Positions 7,935-17,298 of a DNA stretch of 64,000 bases are shown one piece after another. The translations under genes were made by a program, and so were the position numbers. Origin of the DNA: Candidatus Brocadiia bacterium (GTDB lineage: Bacteria > Planctomycetota > Brocadiia > CAIUPP01); contig JBEKCB010000010.1 of the NCBI GenBank assembly GCA_050015075.1, positions 65,096 through 129,095 on the forward strand, in the 5' to 3' direction. The notes under the pieces were generated by a model that was not told the DNA's origin, did no database searches, and was given only the letters and a program-made list of their open reading frames with translations. Within the stretch, counting starts at the first letter, position 1, and each line of letters begins with the position of its first letter.

Positions 7935-10025
7935 CTACTGGTTCAGGGGCGGCTTCCACAGCCGCAGGGCGAGAGCGTGGAACCACAGCGCGTAGTTATG
8001 GTCCGGCTGGTCGCGGCGGGCGGTCAGCTTGAGGCGGAAGGTGTGGGCGCCGGCTTTGAGTTCCACTTTGTCCAGCGTCGCCAGGCCCTCTGTAGCCCCC
8101 GTGATGCTTGTGACGGCCGGCGGCGCCTTCTCGACGGCATGCTCCGCACCCCCGTCGATCTGCCATACGAAGGGCGAGAGGGAGCGCGGCGGTTTCAGGC
8201 GCATAAGGCTATTGCCCGAGAACAGGACCTCGTAGCTTCCGTCCGCAGGAACGGTGAGAGTGACCTCGACCCAGTAGCCCTCCGGCCCCGGCTCGTCCTT
8301 GGTCCAGATGTCGGCGGTGCGTCCCTCGGAGAAGTTCTCATGAGGAGTCACCTGCCACCCCGGCCCCAGGCGGCCCGCCGCGGCTTGAGCGACCACCATG
8401 CCGGCGCTCGGCCCGCCCGCGGCGCCCCTGAGAATCTTGAGGCTGCGCGCGCCGTTCAGCAAGCAAGTGTCCTTGAGGTTGATCGTCGCCTGGCCGTCTT
8501 TGATCTGCACCTCAGTGGAGCGGCCGAGCAGGTCTGTCAGGGTCACGGGCCGACCTGCCTGCAGCGGCTGGACCGCGAGAGTAGCCGTTGCCTGGATGCA
8601 GAAGAGGTTCCCGCGGTTGTCGAAGTCTGCGATGGCCTCCTCGCCGCGCTGGAAAAAGTGCGTCTCGTAGCCGGGGATCGCGCTGCTGGAGCCGGTGTGT
8701 TTAGCCAGGCCGAGGCAGTGGGCGCCCACCGAGTAGGCGAGCCCCGCGGGACGGGCGGTGAGGTCGCGGTTGACCAGCGGACGGTAGTCTGCGTAACCGG
8801 CGAAGACGTGAAGGAACTTGAAGGACCGCTCAATGGGACTCGCCAGGTTGCGCAGCGGGATCTCCGAGCGCTCCTCGGAGTTCCACAGAGGCAGTTGGAG
8901 ATGGTGTTGCTTGAGCAGCGCCTGCCAGCCGTCAATAGCGCTCGGGATATCGTCGGTGTAATGGACCGTAAGGATATCGAGGTCTTTCCCGACGCCAAGC
9001 TGGAAGAGACGGTCGGCGAAGGTCTGACCGCTGTCGAAAAAGCCGGTCAACCCGGGCCCTGCGATGTGCGCCTCGGAATTGCCCCGTCGCAGAGCGGCGG
9101 CGGTGTGGTGGACCAACTCGGCGAAGTCATCCACCGTGCCGGTCCAGTACCGGTTCGTCAGGTTGGGCTCGTTCCAGATCTCCCAGACCTTGATGTCCTC
9201 GCGGAAGTCGGCCGACAGCTTGGTCATCAGTTGGTCCCAGAGCGCGTAGTCCGCGGGCTTTACCCGGTTGTAGACGGGACCGGCGTCCCCGATGACCGCC
9301 GTGTCGTTGGGGCGGGAGGACAGCTCGCGGGGACACTGGGCAACCTCGCCCATGACATAGAGGCCCTGCTTGCGCAGAGCCCGCACCATCGCCTTAGCCC
9401 TCGACCAGTCGGCATCCACCGAGGGCGGGGCGCCGGGCGTGATAGTGACCTTGCCGAAGGTCTCCGCCCAGAAGTTGAAACGGACCCACGAGGCGCCCAG
9501 CAGGCGCTGGCTCAGAGCCAGGTCCGCGGCCGCTTGCTCCAGGGGCCTGTCGTCGAGAGGGATGTAGAATATCCCCCAAGGCGAAGCCTCGTCAGGGGGA
9601 TCGGGCGTGAAAACGACGGCGACGGAGGTGGCGGCCGTGGCCTTCCTTTCGCCGCAGACCAGGTTCAGCCAGAGCGGGTACAGCCCGCGGCGTCCCCGTA
9701 TCTCAAGGGGCAAGCGCACTTCTCCGGCGCCGTCAGCGAACTCTGCGATGGGGACCTCGCCCTGCTGCACGAGGGTGCCCTCACTATCGGTCAGCCGGTA
9801 CTGTAAGCAGGCCGGTCCGGTCAAGCCGGTGGCCTTCGCCTGCATGTCGATCGGTTCGCTGTCCGAGAACATGAACCCGGCGCGGGGTGAGGCAGGGGTG
9901 ACGCTGAGCGCTTTTGGGTTCTGCGCCAGCGCGCTACCCGCGCACAGGCCTGCGGCGAACAGCAGGGCCAGGGTGATAAGTACCGATTGCCGCCGCGAGT
10001 TGGCAGCCTCCTGGATGATCTGCAC
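7935..10025 (-). CDS. Secreted GH-A clan glycoside hydrolase (GH39/GH5-like) with C-terminal CBM-like domain
   Basis: Signal peptide; WEIWNEPN acid/base motif, TVHY, LWNSEE nucleophile-like motif; GGAGG RBS before GTG at 10025. Confidence 0.75.
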   Translation of the reverse strand: MQIIQEAANSRRQSVLITLALLFAAGLCAGSALAQNPKALSVTPASPRAGFMFSDSEPIDMQAKATGLTGPACLQYRLTDSEGTLVQQGEVPIAEFADGAGEVRLPLEIRGRRGLYPLWLNLVCGERKATAATSVAVVFTPDPPDEASPWGIFYIPLDDRPLEQAAADLALSQRLLGASWVRFNFWAETFGKVTITPGAPPSVDADWSRAKAMVRALRKQGLYVMGEVAQCPRELSSRPNDTAVIGDAGPVYNRVKPADYALWDQLMTKLSADFREDIKVWEIWNEPNLTNRYWTGTVDDFAELVHHTAAALRRGNSEAHIAGPGLTGFFDSGQTFADRLFQLGVGKDLDILTVHYTDDIPSAIDGWQALLKQHHLQLPLWNSEERSEIPLRNLASPIERSFKFLHVFAGYADYRPLVNRDLTARPAGLAYSVGAHCLGLAKHTGSSSAIPGYETHFFQRGEEAIADFDNRGNLFCIQATATLAVQPLQAGRPVTLTDLLGRSTEVQIKDGQATINLKDTCLLNGARSLKILRGAAGGPSAGMVVAQAAAGRLGPGWQVTPHENFSEGRTADIWTKDEPGPEGYWVEVTLTVPADGSYEVLFSGNSLMRLKPPRSLSPFVWQIDGGAEHAVEKAPPAVTSITGATEGLATLDKVELKAGAHTFRLKLTARRDQPDHNYALWFHALALRLWKPPLNQ

Positions 10026-10129
10026 GAAGCCGACCTCCAAATCACCCGGAATTCCCCAGTTTGACCGTCAGAATCCGCTTGCCGAAGGGAAGTCGCGCGG
10101 CGAAAGAACGCCCCTGCGCCGGCGGGATT

Positions 10130-11740
10130 TTACCTGCCAGGCTGGGCAGGACCTTTAAGTTCTTTTGCAACGGCGTTCCTGTAGTAGCTATCGTCGTGCT
10201 GCTGCTTCCATCCGTCGGTCGGGGGCATGCCGGGAGCGGTGCGGTATTTCGCCCAGATTTCGACAACCCACTGCGTCCAGTAGCACGTGCCTTCCCGGCA
10301 ATAGTCGTTGTCGTAGTCGAGGCCGCGTGCTTTGAGGATTTTGCGGGAAGCGGCGTCGTTTTCGTACATCCAGCGATCCACGTAATCGAAGAATGCATCG
10401 TGGTTCCAGGCTTTTTCGGCGTGCAGGAGGTGGAGCGCCAAGGCCTGGGCGACCCAGGCCGAGCTCGTGTTGGCGCGGCGGTAGCCTTCGCTGGTCAGCT
10501 GGCCTCGTCCCCAGGTGGAGGGCGGCGTGTGTTCATAGGGACCCCAGGCGTTGGGCCCGCGAACATAGTTACGGCTGATCCCGGTGACTTCATCAATGCC
10601 GGAGTGCCCGGTGAAGACGACTTTCGCGCCGGTCCAGCAGTCACCGTAGGCGGTTTGCTCGTCTTCGCCGAAGGCGGCTTTGGGGAAGGACTTGTTGACG
10701 TTGGCGAGTTCGTCGTCACCGAGGAGCAGCCCTGCGAAGACGATGGGCAGCTTGCGGCCGCTGCCGTGGCCGCCGAAGCCCGGCCATCCGGAATGCCCGG
10801 CGCGAATGATGCCGCCGAGGTCAATTCCGACCTGGACGAAGTTATCGAGCAAAGGCTCTTTTTGCGCGGGAGTGAAGTTCATGCAGAGGAGCAGCGCCGC
10901 ATCGCCGACGCATTCGCCGACCTGCTGGCCGTACCAGGGCATGTTGTCGGCGGGTTCTTCGAAGCCGAAGAAGCCGGTGTTGACCCACGGGCGCTGGGTG
11001 TAGCGGACGTATTCCTCGATCGTGGCAGCATCGCCGGGACGGACGAGGGAGGGCAAGAGTTCGCGCTTCAGATCGCGCGCCAAAAAGATCTTTTGAGTGC
11101 GGTCGCAGAACGATGGACGGAATGCATCGGCCGGTTGCGGCGCAGCGACGCAGGTCAGCACGGCGGCGTCTTTGACGGGACTGGAATCCTCTACGCCGCG
11201 CGATTCCGTTTCGTTGCTATTCTGCAGTGGAACCTGCAGGACCAGTCCCATCGGCATGCTGATGGTCGAGACGAGGGAATCGCCGGGCTTCATGGCGACG
11301 GGAAGCTTTTGGATGAGGGCCGGGTCAAACCAGTTCTTGACGCCGCTGTCGTAAGATACTTTATCTTCGGCGGGCGGATTGAGCATGAAGCCGTTGCGAA
11401 CGCGGTATTTTCCCGGCTGGAGCTTATCCGTCGGGTCGAGCTGATCGGCGGGGATTTCGGCGCCGTAAAGAGGCCGCGGGCTGATCGCGGTGATCGTCAC
11501 GGGTCCGACGACGTAAAAGTCGCCGTTGACGAATTGTCCGACCCGAGCCGGCTTGTCAAACGTCCAGGTCATGCCGTATTGCGAGAGGCTGTCTTTCAAC
11601 GGAAGATCATCGAGCCTGGGCGCCGCCGGGGCGTTGGCCTTGGTGTAAATGGCGGCCGGCTTTTCCTGGCTCCAACCGGGACTCGCCAGAGCCGCGACTG
11701 TCGCGGCAGAGAGACCGAGCGCTAAAATCTTTCCGAACAT
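10130..11740 (-). CDS. Secreted hypothetical protein, probably carbohydrate-active
   Basis: Signal peptide MFGKILALGLSA...; GGAGG RBS; W/Y-rich; GGHGSGRK and FFDYVDRWM segments. Confidence 0.7.
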   Translation of the reverse strand: MFGKILALGLSAATVAALASPGWSQEKPAAIYTKANAPAAPRLDDLPLKDSLSQYGMTWTFDKPARVGQFVNGDFYVVGPVTITAISPRPLYGAEIPADQLDPTDKLQPGKYRVRNGFMLNPPAEDKVSYDSGVKNWFDPALIQKLPVAMKPGDSLVSTISMPMGLVLQVPLQNSNETESRGVEDSSPVKDAAVLTCVAAPQPADAFRPSFCDRTQKIFLARDLKRELLPSLVRPGDAATIEEYVRYTQRPWVNTGFFGFEEPADNMPWYGQQVGECVGDAALLLCMNFTPAQKEPLLDNFVQVGIDLGGIIRAGHSGWPGFGGHGSGRKLPIVFAGLLLGDDELANVNKSFPKAAFGEDEQTAYGDCWTGAKVVFTGHSGIDEVTGISRNYVRGPNAWGPYEHTPPSTWGRGQLTSEGYRRANTSSAWVAQALALHLLHAEKAWNHDAFFDYVDRWMYENDAASRKILKARGLDYDNDYCREGTCYWTQWVVEIWAKYRTAPGMPPTDGWKQQHDDSYYRNAVAKELKGPAQPGR

Positions 11741-11919
11741 GATATTCCTCCCTTTCCGTTTTGCCGTGAATCGAGACCGGAAGCGCACACCGGCTCGCGC
11801 GCTCCCACTCCGCGCTCGCGATCAACGCGGGTTATTTATCCCGCTGACCCAATGCCGTTTCAGCCGGAATTTTCCATCTGCCCCTCTTCCGGCGGACATT
11901 CGGCCTCTGGACATGAAAG

Positions 11920-11947
11920 ATTGTACGCTCTAAGCGATTGCTGTCAA
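11920..11947 (-). promoter_or_regulatory. Sigma-70 promoter with possible overlapping operator
   Basis: TTGACA-N16-TACAAT on the minus strand; near-identical to the site at 18503-18530. Confidence 0.65.
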
Positions 11948-12185
11948 GTGGTTTCACGGCTGTTCTAGAATACGATACGGCCGCGCGCCACCCCTTTGTT
12001 CAGCTACGAACGCTGTGCCATCAATTCGCTTGTTCCCGTGATCCTATCCACGCTTTAGAAGCCGGAATTTCCCTTCTTTTCGCCCTCCGTGCGACGGTCA
12101 GACATCAAATGTCGGATTCTGACGTCCAAGCTCATTCCCCGCCAGTTTTTCGGCAGTTGACCAGGCCCGCGGGAATTCCGGAGGA

Positions 12186-12749
12186 TCAGAGCCCGAGTTG
12201 TGCGGAGACGCCCTGCATCGCCTTGAGTACGATGCCGACGTGTTCCTCGAGCGGCACGCCGAGTTCCCTGGAGCCTTGCTCGACCGTCTGTCGGTTCACA
12301 CCGGCCGCGAAGGACTTCTCCTTCCATTTCTTCATCACCGTCTTCACCTCGACCTCCGCCAGTTTCTTCGAGGGTCGCACCAACGCCGCCGCGGTGATCA
12401 GGCCGGTCAGTTCGTCCACCGCATAAATGGCCTTTTTCAGGAGCGAATCGCGGACCACGCCGGCGTGGTCCGCATGGGCCAGGATCGCCTGCACGAGTTC
12501 GTCGGAGAACCCCTGCTGCCGCAAATACGCCGCGCCTTCCATCGGATGGCTGCTCAAACTGGGGAACTTCTCGTAATCGAAATCATGGAGCAGCCCGACC
12601 GCGCCCCATTTTTCGGGATCCTGTCCGAACCGCGCCGCGTAGGCGCGCATCGCTGCTTCGACGGCATAGGCGTGTTTTCGGAGGTTTTGATTCTTCGTCC
12701 AGTCTTCGAGAATTGCCTCCGCCTGGCTCCGTGTCGGCCACGTGTCCAT
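12186..12749 (-). CDS. HDIG/HD-domain metal-dependent phosphohydrolase
   Basis: LRKH, GLLHDFDY, HP, AILAH and DELTG motifs. Confidence 0.88.
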   Translation of the reverse strand: MDTWPTRSQAEAILEDWTKNQNLRKHAYAVEAAMRAYAARFGQDPEKWGAVGLLHDFDYEKFPSLSSHPMEGAAYLRQQGFSDELVQAILAHADHAGVVRDSLLKKAIYAVDELTGLITAAALVRPSKKLAEVEVKTVMKKWKEKSFAAGVNRQTVEQGSRELGVPLEEHVGIVLKAMQGVSAQLGL

Positions 12750-12839
12750 CAGGTCGCTCCTTTCGCTTTTTCAACCCGTGCGCCTCATACGGATTATACC
12801 ATGTGAGCGGCGCGGCCTATTCCGCATGCCGCCCTCCCA

Positions 12840-12848
12840 TGGTATAAT
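12840..12848 (+). promoter_or_regulatory. Extended -10 promoter
   Basis: TGgTATAAT upstream of the ORF at 12934. Confidence 0.55.
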
Positions 12849-12933
12849 ACAAGGGGATGGGCGGCAACGGCCGCCCGAAGCGCACGCTTTGCCGTTCGAC
12901 CCTCATTGCGAGACTAAGAAGGCGAGGTGCAGC

Positions 12934-13191
12934 GTGAGCGACGAGAGCAGGAAATCCGCCGGCGAGCGAATGCTGACGAGAACCGATGTGCTCGAAGGGC
13001 TCCGAGCAGCCGGCCTGCCGCAAGGTGATGTCAATGACATCATGAAGCAGATGGACCAGATCATCGGGCTCGAGACGGTGGTCAGGCTTCCAGCGCTGTT
13101 CAGTCTGCTGCTGGACTACCGGGCGGATAAAACGCAGATGATGGACTCGCCGGGCGTCAAGAAGGTTTCGCCGATTCGCCCTCCGCGCTGA
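12934..13191 (+). CDS. Small hypothetical protein
   Basis: GAGG RBS + GTG start, upstream extended -10, 85-aa ORF. Confidence 0.55.
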   Translation: MSDESRKSAGERMLTRTDVLEGLRAAGLPQGDVNDIMKQMDQIIGLETVVRLPALFSLLLDYRADKTQMMDSPGVKKVSPIRPPR

Positions 13192-13212
13192 ATGCGGCGC
13201 ATAAGGCATGTC

Positions 13213-13295
13213 TCACCACGAAGGACACGAAGGGCGCACTTAAAAATGCCTGTTTCGCCGCCCGTTCTTCATGCCCTTCGTGCCCTTCGTGGTGA
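13213..13295. repeat. REP-like inverted repeat with 23-bp arms and internal 9-nt periodicity
   Basis: TCACCACGAAGGACACGAAGGGC (13213-13235) and GCCCTTCGTGCCCTTCGTGGTGA (13273-13295), one mismatch, between convergent genes. Confidence 0.8.
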
Positions 13296-13341
13296 AGCGT
13301 CGCGGAATAGTGGAATATTAACGGAATAGTACGTGTGATAC

Positions 13342-13734
13342 TTATTTGTGGCTCCCTGCGAACCACAAGCATGAACAGATAAAGTCAACTGCAATCGAAG
13401 CGATGGCAATATAGTACCATTTGCGGTAAGTTGCGTGCTCCTGGATAAATCGCCCAAACGTCGCCCGACAGGTGAATGCTACCGCCCTAGCATACTGTAC
13501 CGGATTCACGCGCGCTTCAAATGGTAGCTGTTCAAAGTAGTTAACGTATGTTTTCAGGACAAGCCAGTAAATGGGCCACGTGAGGATGACTAAAAGAAGG
13601 GACGGAACAGCATTCCATAGAACTAAGCGCGCCTCTTTCATGCCAAGAAGCATACCTGTCCAATACGCCAGAATTAGAACCACTACGCCGAATGGAAATA
13701 TTTTGAACTGCCGTCCATAATCAGATTCGGGCAT
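13342..13734 (-). CDS. Low-GC hypothetical membrane protein (about 3 TM)
   Basis: 130-aa hydrophobic ORF; two sampled 60-nt lines are 45% GC, well below the flanks. Confidence 0.6.
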   Translation of the reverse strand: MPESDYGRQFKIFPFGVVVLILAYWTGMLLGMKEARLVLWNAVPSLLLVILTWPIYWLVLKTYVNYFEQLPFEARVNPVQYARAVAFTCRATFGRFIQEHATYRKWYYIAIASIAVDFICSCLWFAGSHK

Positions 13735-13773
13735 AGGCGCTCTCTTTAAACGGCATTCCCCAGATGGTCCGCC

Positions 13774-16389
13774 CTACTTCCTCGCGGCGCGCTTGGCGAC
13801 GATGCGGCGGACTTCGTCGTAGCCGGAGCGGTTCCGCAGGCCCAGGCTTTCTTCCACGCGCGCGATCGGCAGGGCGATCACCGGCGTGCCGGCGCGCACC
13901 AGCGCGCGCGCCATCTCGTTGGGGAAGCCCAACTCGCCTGACTTGGTATTGTACCGCCCCGCCGTTTCGTCCCACATCTCCACGTGCAGGCCGGGCAGCG
14001 TGCCCTTGAGAAGGCGCGCGCTGAGGAGAAAAGCGCCGACGTTCGTTTCACCAAGGCGTTTGGTCGGCGCCCCTTCGGCGGCGGTCTCGCGCGAGGCCAC
14101 CACGTAGCCGTGCAGGTCGCGCTGGATCGGAGCGTAGGGGGTGCGCGTGACGGCCGCCGGGAACAACATCGAAGATGACCCAAGCGCCTGGTAGACCACA
14201 ACGCTGCGCGCGAGGGTGTCGGCGCTCAGCAGAGGCTGTGAGCCCCAGACGACGAGCACGTCCGTCTCGCCATTGCGGATCTCAGGGATGGCGGTGAGCA
14301 CGGCATGGCCGGTGCCAAGCGGCTTCTGCTGGACGACGACGCGCGTTCCTCGCGGCAGCCGTATCTCCTTGAGGAGTTTGCCTTTCATGGCCGGGCTGAC
14401 GACGATGATGGGCGGCAAGGTCTTGAAGGGCATCGCCGCCAGGGAATCGAGCACGCGCGCGATGGAGGGCTTGCCGTCAATGACGTTGAGCGCCGCCGGA
14501 CTGCGATATCCTCCGCCCAGCCGGAGCTTTCCACGGCCGCCGGCGACGATGACGGGCTGAATCGGGTGCAGGAGTTTGAAGGCGGCCGCGCGAGGAATGC
14601 CCAGCAATTCGCAGGTGGACTTCTCGATCACCGGCGCGTACGTCTCCCATTTCCACCAGATGGCGCTGGCGTTGACCACCGCCCGCCGGAGCACGTCGCG
14701 CAGGCAGAGCAAGCCGAACCCTTCGCCGGGGGTGCTGACGGTGACGCTGCCCTCGGCAAGGCCGTTGCGGCTGCGAGGGGCGTAGTATCCGGACTGCACG
14801 CGGTCCACCAATTCCGCGACATGCTCCTTGGATACCAGGGCCAGGACATTTCCGCCGAACCCGCCGCCCATCAAGCGCGCGCCGTAGACGCCGGCATGGC
14901 CAAGGATGATGTCCGTCAGTTCGTCAATGTCGGGAGTCGTCAGCTCGTACAAATCACGCAGGCTCTCATGCGTCTCGGTTATGAGGTCACCCACGGCCCG
15001 CAGGCCGGGTTCGGTCTTCTCGGGCGCCTCGGGCATGCGGGAAGAGAAGATCTCCTGGAGAATCCGAACGGCCTCGCGGACCCGCACGACCTCGCCGGCA
15101 TGATGGAGCGCCCGCGGGCGGATGGCGATGGGCCGGCCGCCCATCTCGTTCGCCAAACGCGGATAGCCGCGCTCCAGTTCCGCATACACGGACGGGAAAT
15201 CCCGGCGGATCTCCGTCAACGTCACGCTCTCCGGCAGCACGCTCAGGATCTCGCGCGCCTCGTATCCGGCCGCGACCTCGTCTGTCTGGGTCGAGAGCGT
15301 TTTCACCACGCCGTTCCAGCGTTCGCCGAGAGCCGGATCCTGCCGACAAAGGCGTTCGAGGAGGGCGGGGATCAGCAGACGTGAGACGGCGGAGCGCTCG
15401 TTGAACTTGAGGAACACATCGCCGCTCTTGTCCGCCGGGTGCGAGAAGAAAGCAACCCACCGATACCGGAAGCGATGCAGCGGAACGAGGCTGGTCTTGA
15501 ACGGGGAGAAGTTCAGGTGCAGGGCGCTCTGCCGGCGCGAGAGGCACATGGTGTAGTGGTCCATGTTCCCGCCCCGCGTCCCGATGTACCACTCCGCCAG
15601 GGCCGAGTCCTCCGCGAGGGAACCGGCGTCGAACGGCAGACGATTGGCCACGCGCGTTGCCGCGCCGGTGAGGACCACCACGGCCGAGGAGGACGAGGCG
15701 CCGCCGGCTGCGGGAATGGTGGAATCGAGCAGGAAGTCGAAACCGCGCCGGAGTCTGCCGTACTTCATGGCGCAGAAGAAGACCGAGGCTTTGACGTAGT
15801 TGATCCAGTGGCGCCGAGGCGTGCCCACACGGTGCAGGTACGCCAGCCAATAGTCTTCGAGGGACGCGCCGGGCGCGCGTTTCTCCCGTGGGCCTTCGTC
15901 GGCGCGGAACTCCGCCGGCTCCGCCGCCGGCAGCGTGGAGCATCCGCGCACGCGCGGCTTGTCGGTGGGGCGGAAAAGGATCAGCATGTCATGCTCGCGG
16001 CTGGCAAACGGAAGCACCTCGGTGGGCAGGTAGCGCACGTAGTCCACGTGCTCGCCGAGAATATTGATGCGGGCCGGGGCGCGACCCAGCGTCACGGGAC
16101 CCGGCCCATAGCGGCTTGCGAATTGTTCGATCGCGCCGGCATACCGGTTGACTTGCCGATGGATCCGCGCCGCCCCGTTTCCGTAAAGGTGTCGAAACGT
16201 ATAGAGCAGCGCCAGCGCGAGCGGATTTCCCGTCGTATGATGGCGCGCCATATAGTCAATCAGCGCCTCCTCCGGCCCCTCCGGCACAATGGCCTCGCCC
16301 TCCCAATCGAGCAGATGCCGCGCCTGCTCAAGGACGCCCAGCAGGAGGCCGGAGTCCATGAGGAGATGCTCCATCTCGTATTCGTTCAC
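13774..16389 (-). CDS. Galactokinase-family GHMP kinase fused to a C-terminal GlmU-like nucleotidyltransferase domain
   Basis: Kinase motifs APARINILGEHVDY, IPAAGGASSSSA, GARLMGGGFGG. Transferase-fold motifs IVAGGRG, QQKPLGTGHAV, ETNVG. Start uncertain (16374-16407). Confidence 0.85.
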   Translation of the reverse strand: MNEYEMEHLLMDSGLLLGVLEQARHLLDWEGEAIVPEGPEEALIDYMARHHTTGNPLALALLYTFRHLYGNGAARIHRQVNRYAGAIEQFASRYGPGPVTLGRAPARINILGEHVDYVRYLPTEVLPFASREHDMLILFRPTDKPRVRGCSTLPAAEPAEFRADEGPREKRAPGASLEDYWLAYLHRVGTPRRHWINYVKASVFFCAMKYGRLRRGFDFLLDSTIPAAGGASSSSAVVVLTGAATRVANRLPFDAGSLAEDSALAEWYIGTRGGNMDHYTMCLSRRQSALHLNFSPFKTSLVPLHRFRYRWVAFFSHPADKSGDVFLKFNERSAVSRLLIPALLERLCRQDPALGERWNGVVKTLSTQTDEVAAGYEAREILSVLPESVTLTEIRRDFPSVYAELERGYPRLANEMGGRPIAIRPRALHHAGEVVRVREAVRILQEIFSSRMPEAPEKTEPGLRAVGDLITETHESLRDLYELTTPDIDELTDIILGHAGVYGARLMGGGFGGNVLALVSKEHVAELVDRVQSGYYAPRSRNGLAEGSVTVSTPGEGFGLLCLRDVLRRAVVNASAIWWKWETYAPVIEKSTCELLGIPRAAAFKLLHPIQPVIVAGGRGKLRLGGGYRSPAALNVIDGKPSIARVLDSLAAMPFKTLPPIIVVSPAMKGKLLKEIRLPRGTRVVVQQKPLGTGHAVLTAIPEIRNGETDVLVVWGSQPLLSADTLARSVVVYQALGSSSMLFPAAVTRTPYAPIQRDLHGYVVASRETAAEGAPTKRLGETNVGAFLLSARLLKGTLPGLHVEMWDETAGRYNTKSGELGFPNEMARALVRAGTPVIALPIARVEESLGLRNRSGYDEVRRIVAKRAARK

Positions 16390-16614
16390 CGGCAGCACAT
16401 TGGGCACGTTCTTGGCCTTGCAGAAACCAGGGTGTGAACTCTCCGCGGAAATCACTGCGGGGCGACAGGTTCCCGCTCGTGCGGCGCAGTATACCACCGC
16501 GCCCACGAAGATGCCACGCCGGGCAGTGCCGGAGCGAACAGTCCGGACGTCGGTTATGATTGGGACTTGAAGACGGTTACGGGTGTCCCCACGATAGCTC
16601 TGGAACAGCCCCGT

Positions 16615-17256
16615 TCAGAGCCTGGACAAGGGGGCATCCATGAGAACGAGCGGATAGACAAAGGCGGCCAAAATCGTGTGGGACGCCGCAAGCAGCCAGA
16701 TGTTCGGCCACCTGCGATAGAGCAGTGACCACGACACGCCGGCCGCGAACGTCAAAGCCATGAGAGTGTTGTTGCCCGCGTGCACGGCCGCAAATGCTGC
16801 CGCTGTAATGAGAATCTGCAGGACCGGTGACCGGATGAGAACCACGAGGCCACGGTGAAGCAGTCCTTGGAACGCCAACTGCTGGACCACGGCCCAGACC
16901 GGATAGACCGCGAGAAGCACGCCGACCTGCGGAGACCATGCGGGTTGACCGTGAGCGAATGCCCAGCCCACCAGCGCGACGCATGCTGCGAGGGTGAACG
17001 AGGCGATAGGAAGAAGCGCCGCCCGCAGGTTGTCAATTCGAAAGCCGAGGTCGCGCCAGGAATGGGGACGACGCATGGCGAGGTAAATCGCGTAGGCGGT
17101 GACCGCAACGCCGACCGCAAGGAATGACCAGCGCTTCTCTGCGCGCAGTGCTTCGAGTATGACGTAGAGGAGTGAGATGCCGATCACGACGCAAATGTCG
17201 GTGGCAGCGATCCGCCGCGGTATTACGGTGCTATTACATGTATTATGGGCAGGCAA
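16615..17256 (-). CDS. CPBP (CAAX/Abi) family intramembrane protease-like protein
   Basis: Multi-TM; FAAVH and SH motifs; the EExxxR motif appears as QQLAFQ. Start uncertain. Confidence 0.75.
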   Translation of the reverse strand: MPAHNTCNSTVIPRRIAATDICVVIGISLLYVILEALRAEKRWSFLAVGVAVTAYAIYLAMRRPHSWRDLGFRIDNLRAALLPIASFTLAACVALVGWAFAHGQPAWSPQVGVLLAVYPVWAVVQQLAFQGLLHRGLVVLIRSPVLQILITAAAFAAVHAGNNTLMALTFAAGVSWSLLYRRWPNIWLLAASHTILAAFVYPLVLMDAPLSRL

Positions 17257-17298
17257 ACTCTATTTCTTCCATCCCCGCGAGCAGCGGCTGGCGCTCCA

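Noticed and set aside
5650-7986. 778-aa minus-strand ORF, and similar long ORFs at 7977-9806(+), 10061-11725(+), 22505-24664(-), 39375-42125(+) and 59149-61668(-)
   Set aside because: Antisense shadows of well-supported genes. Stop codons are scarce in GC-rich DNA and these have no recognisable motifs.
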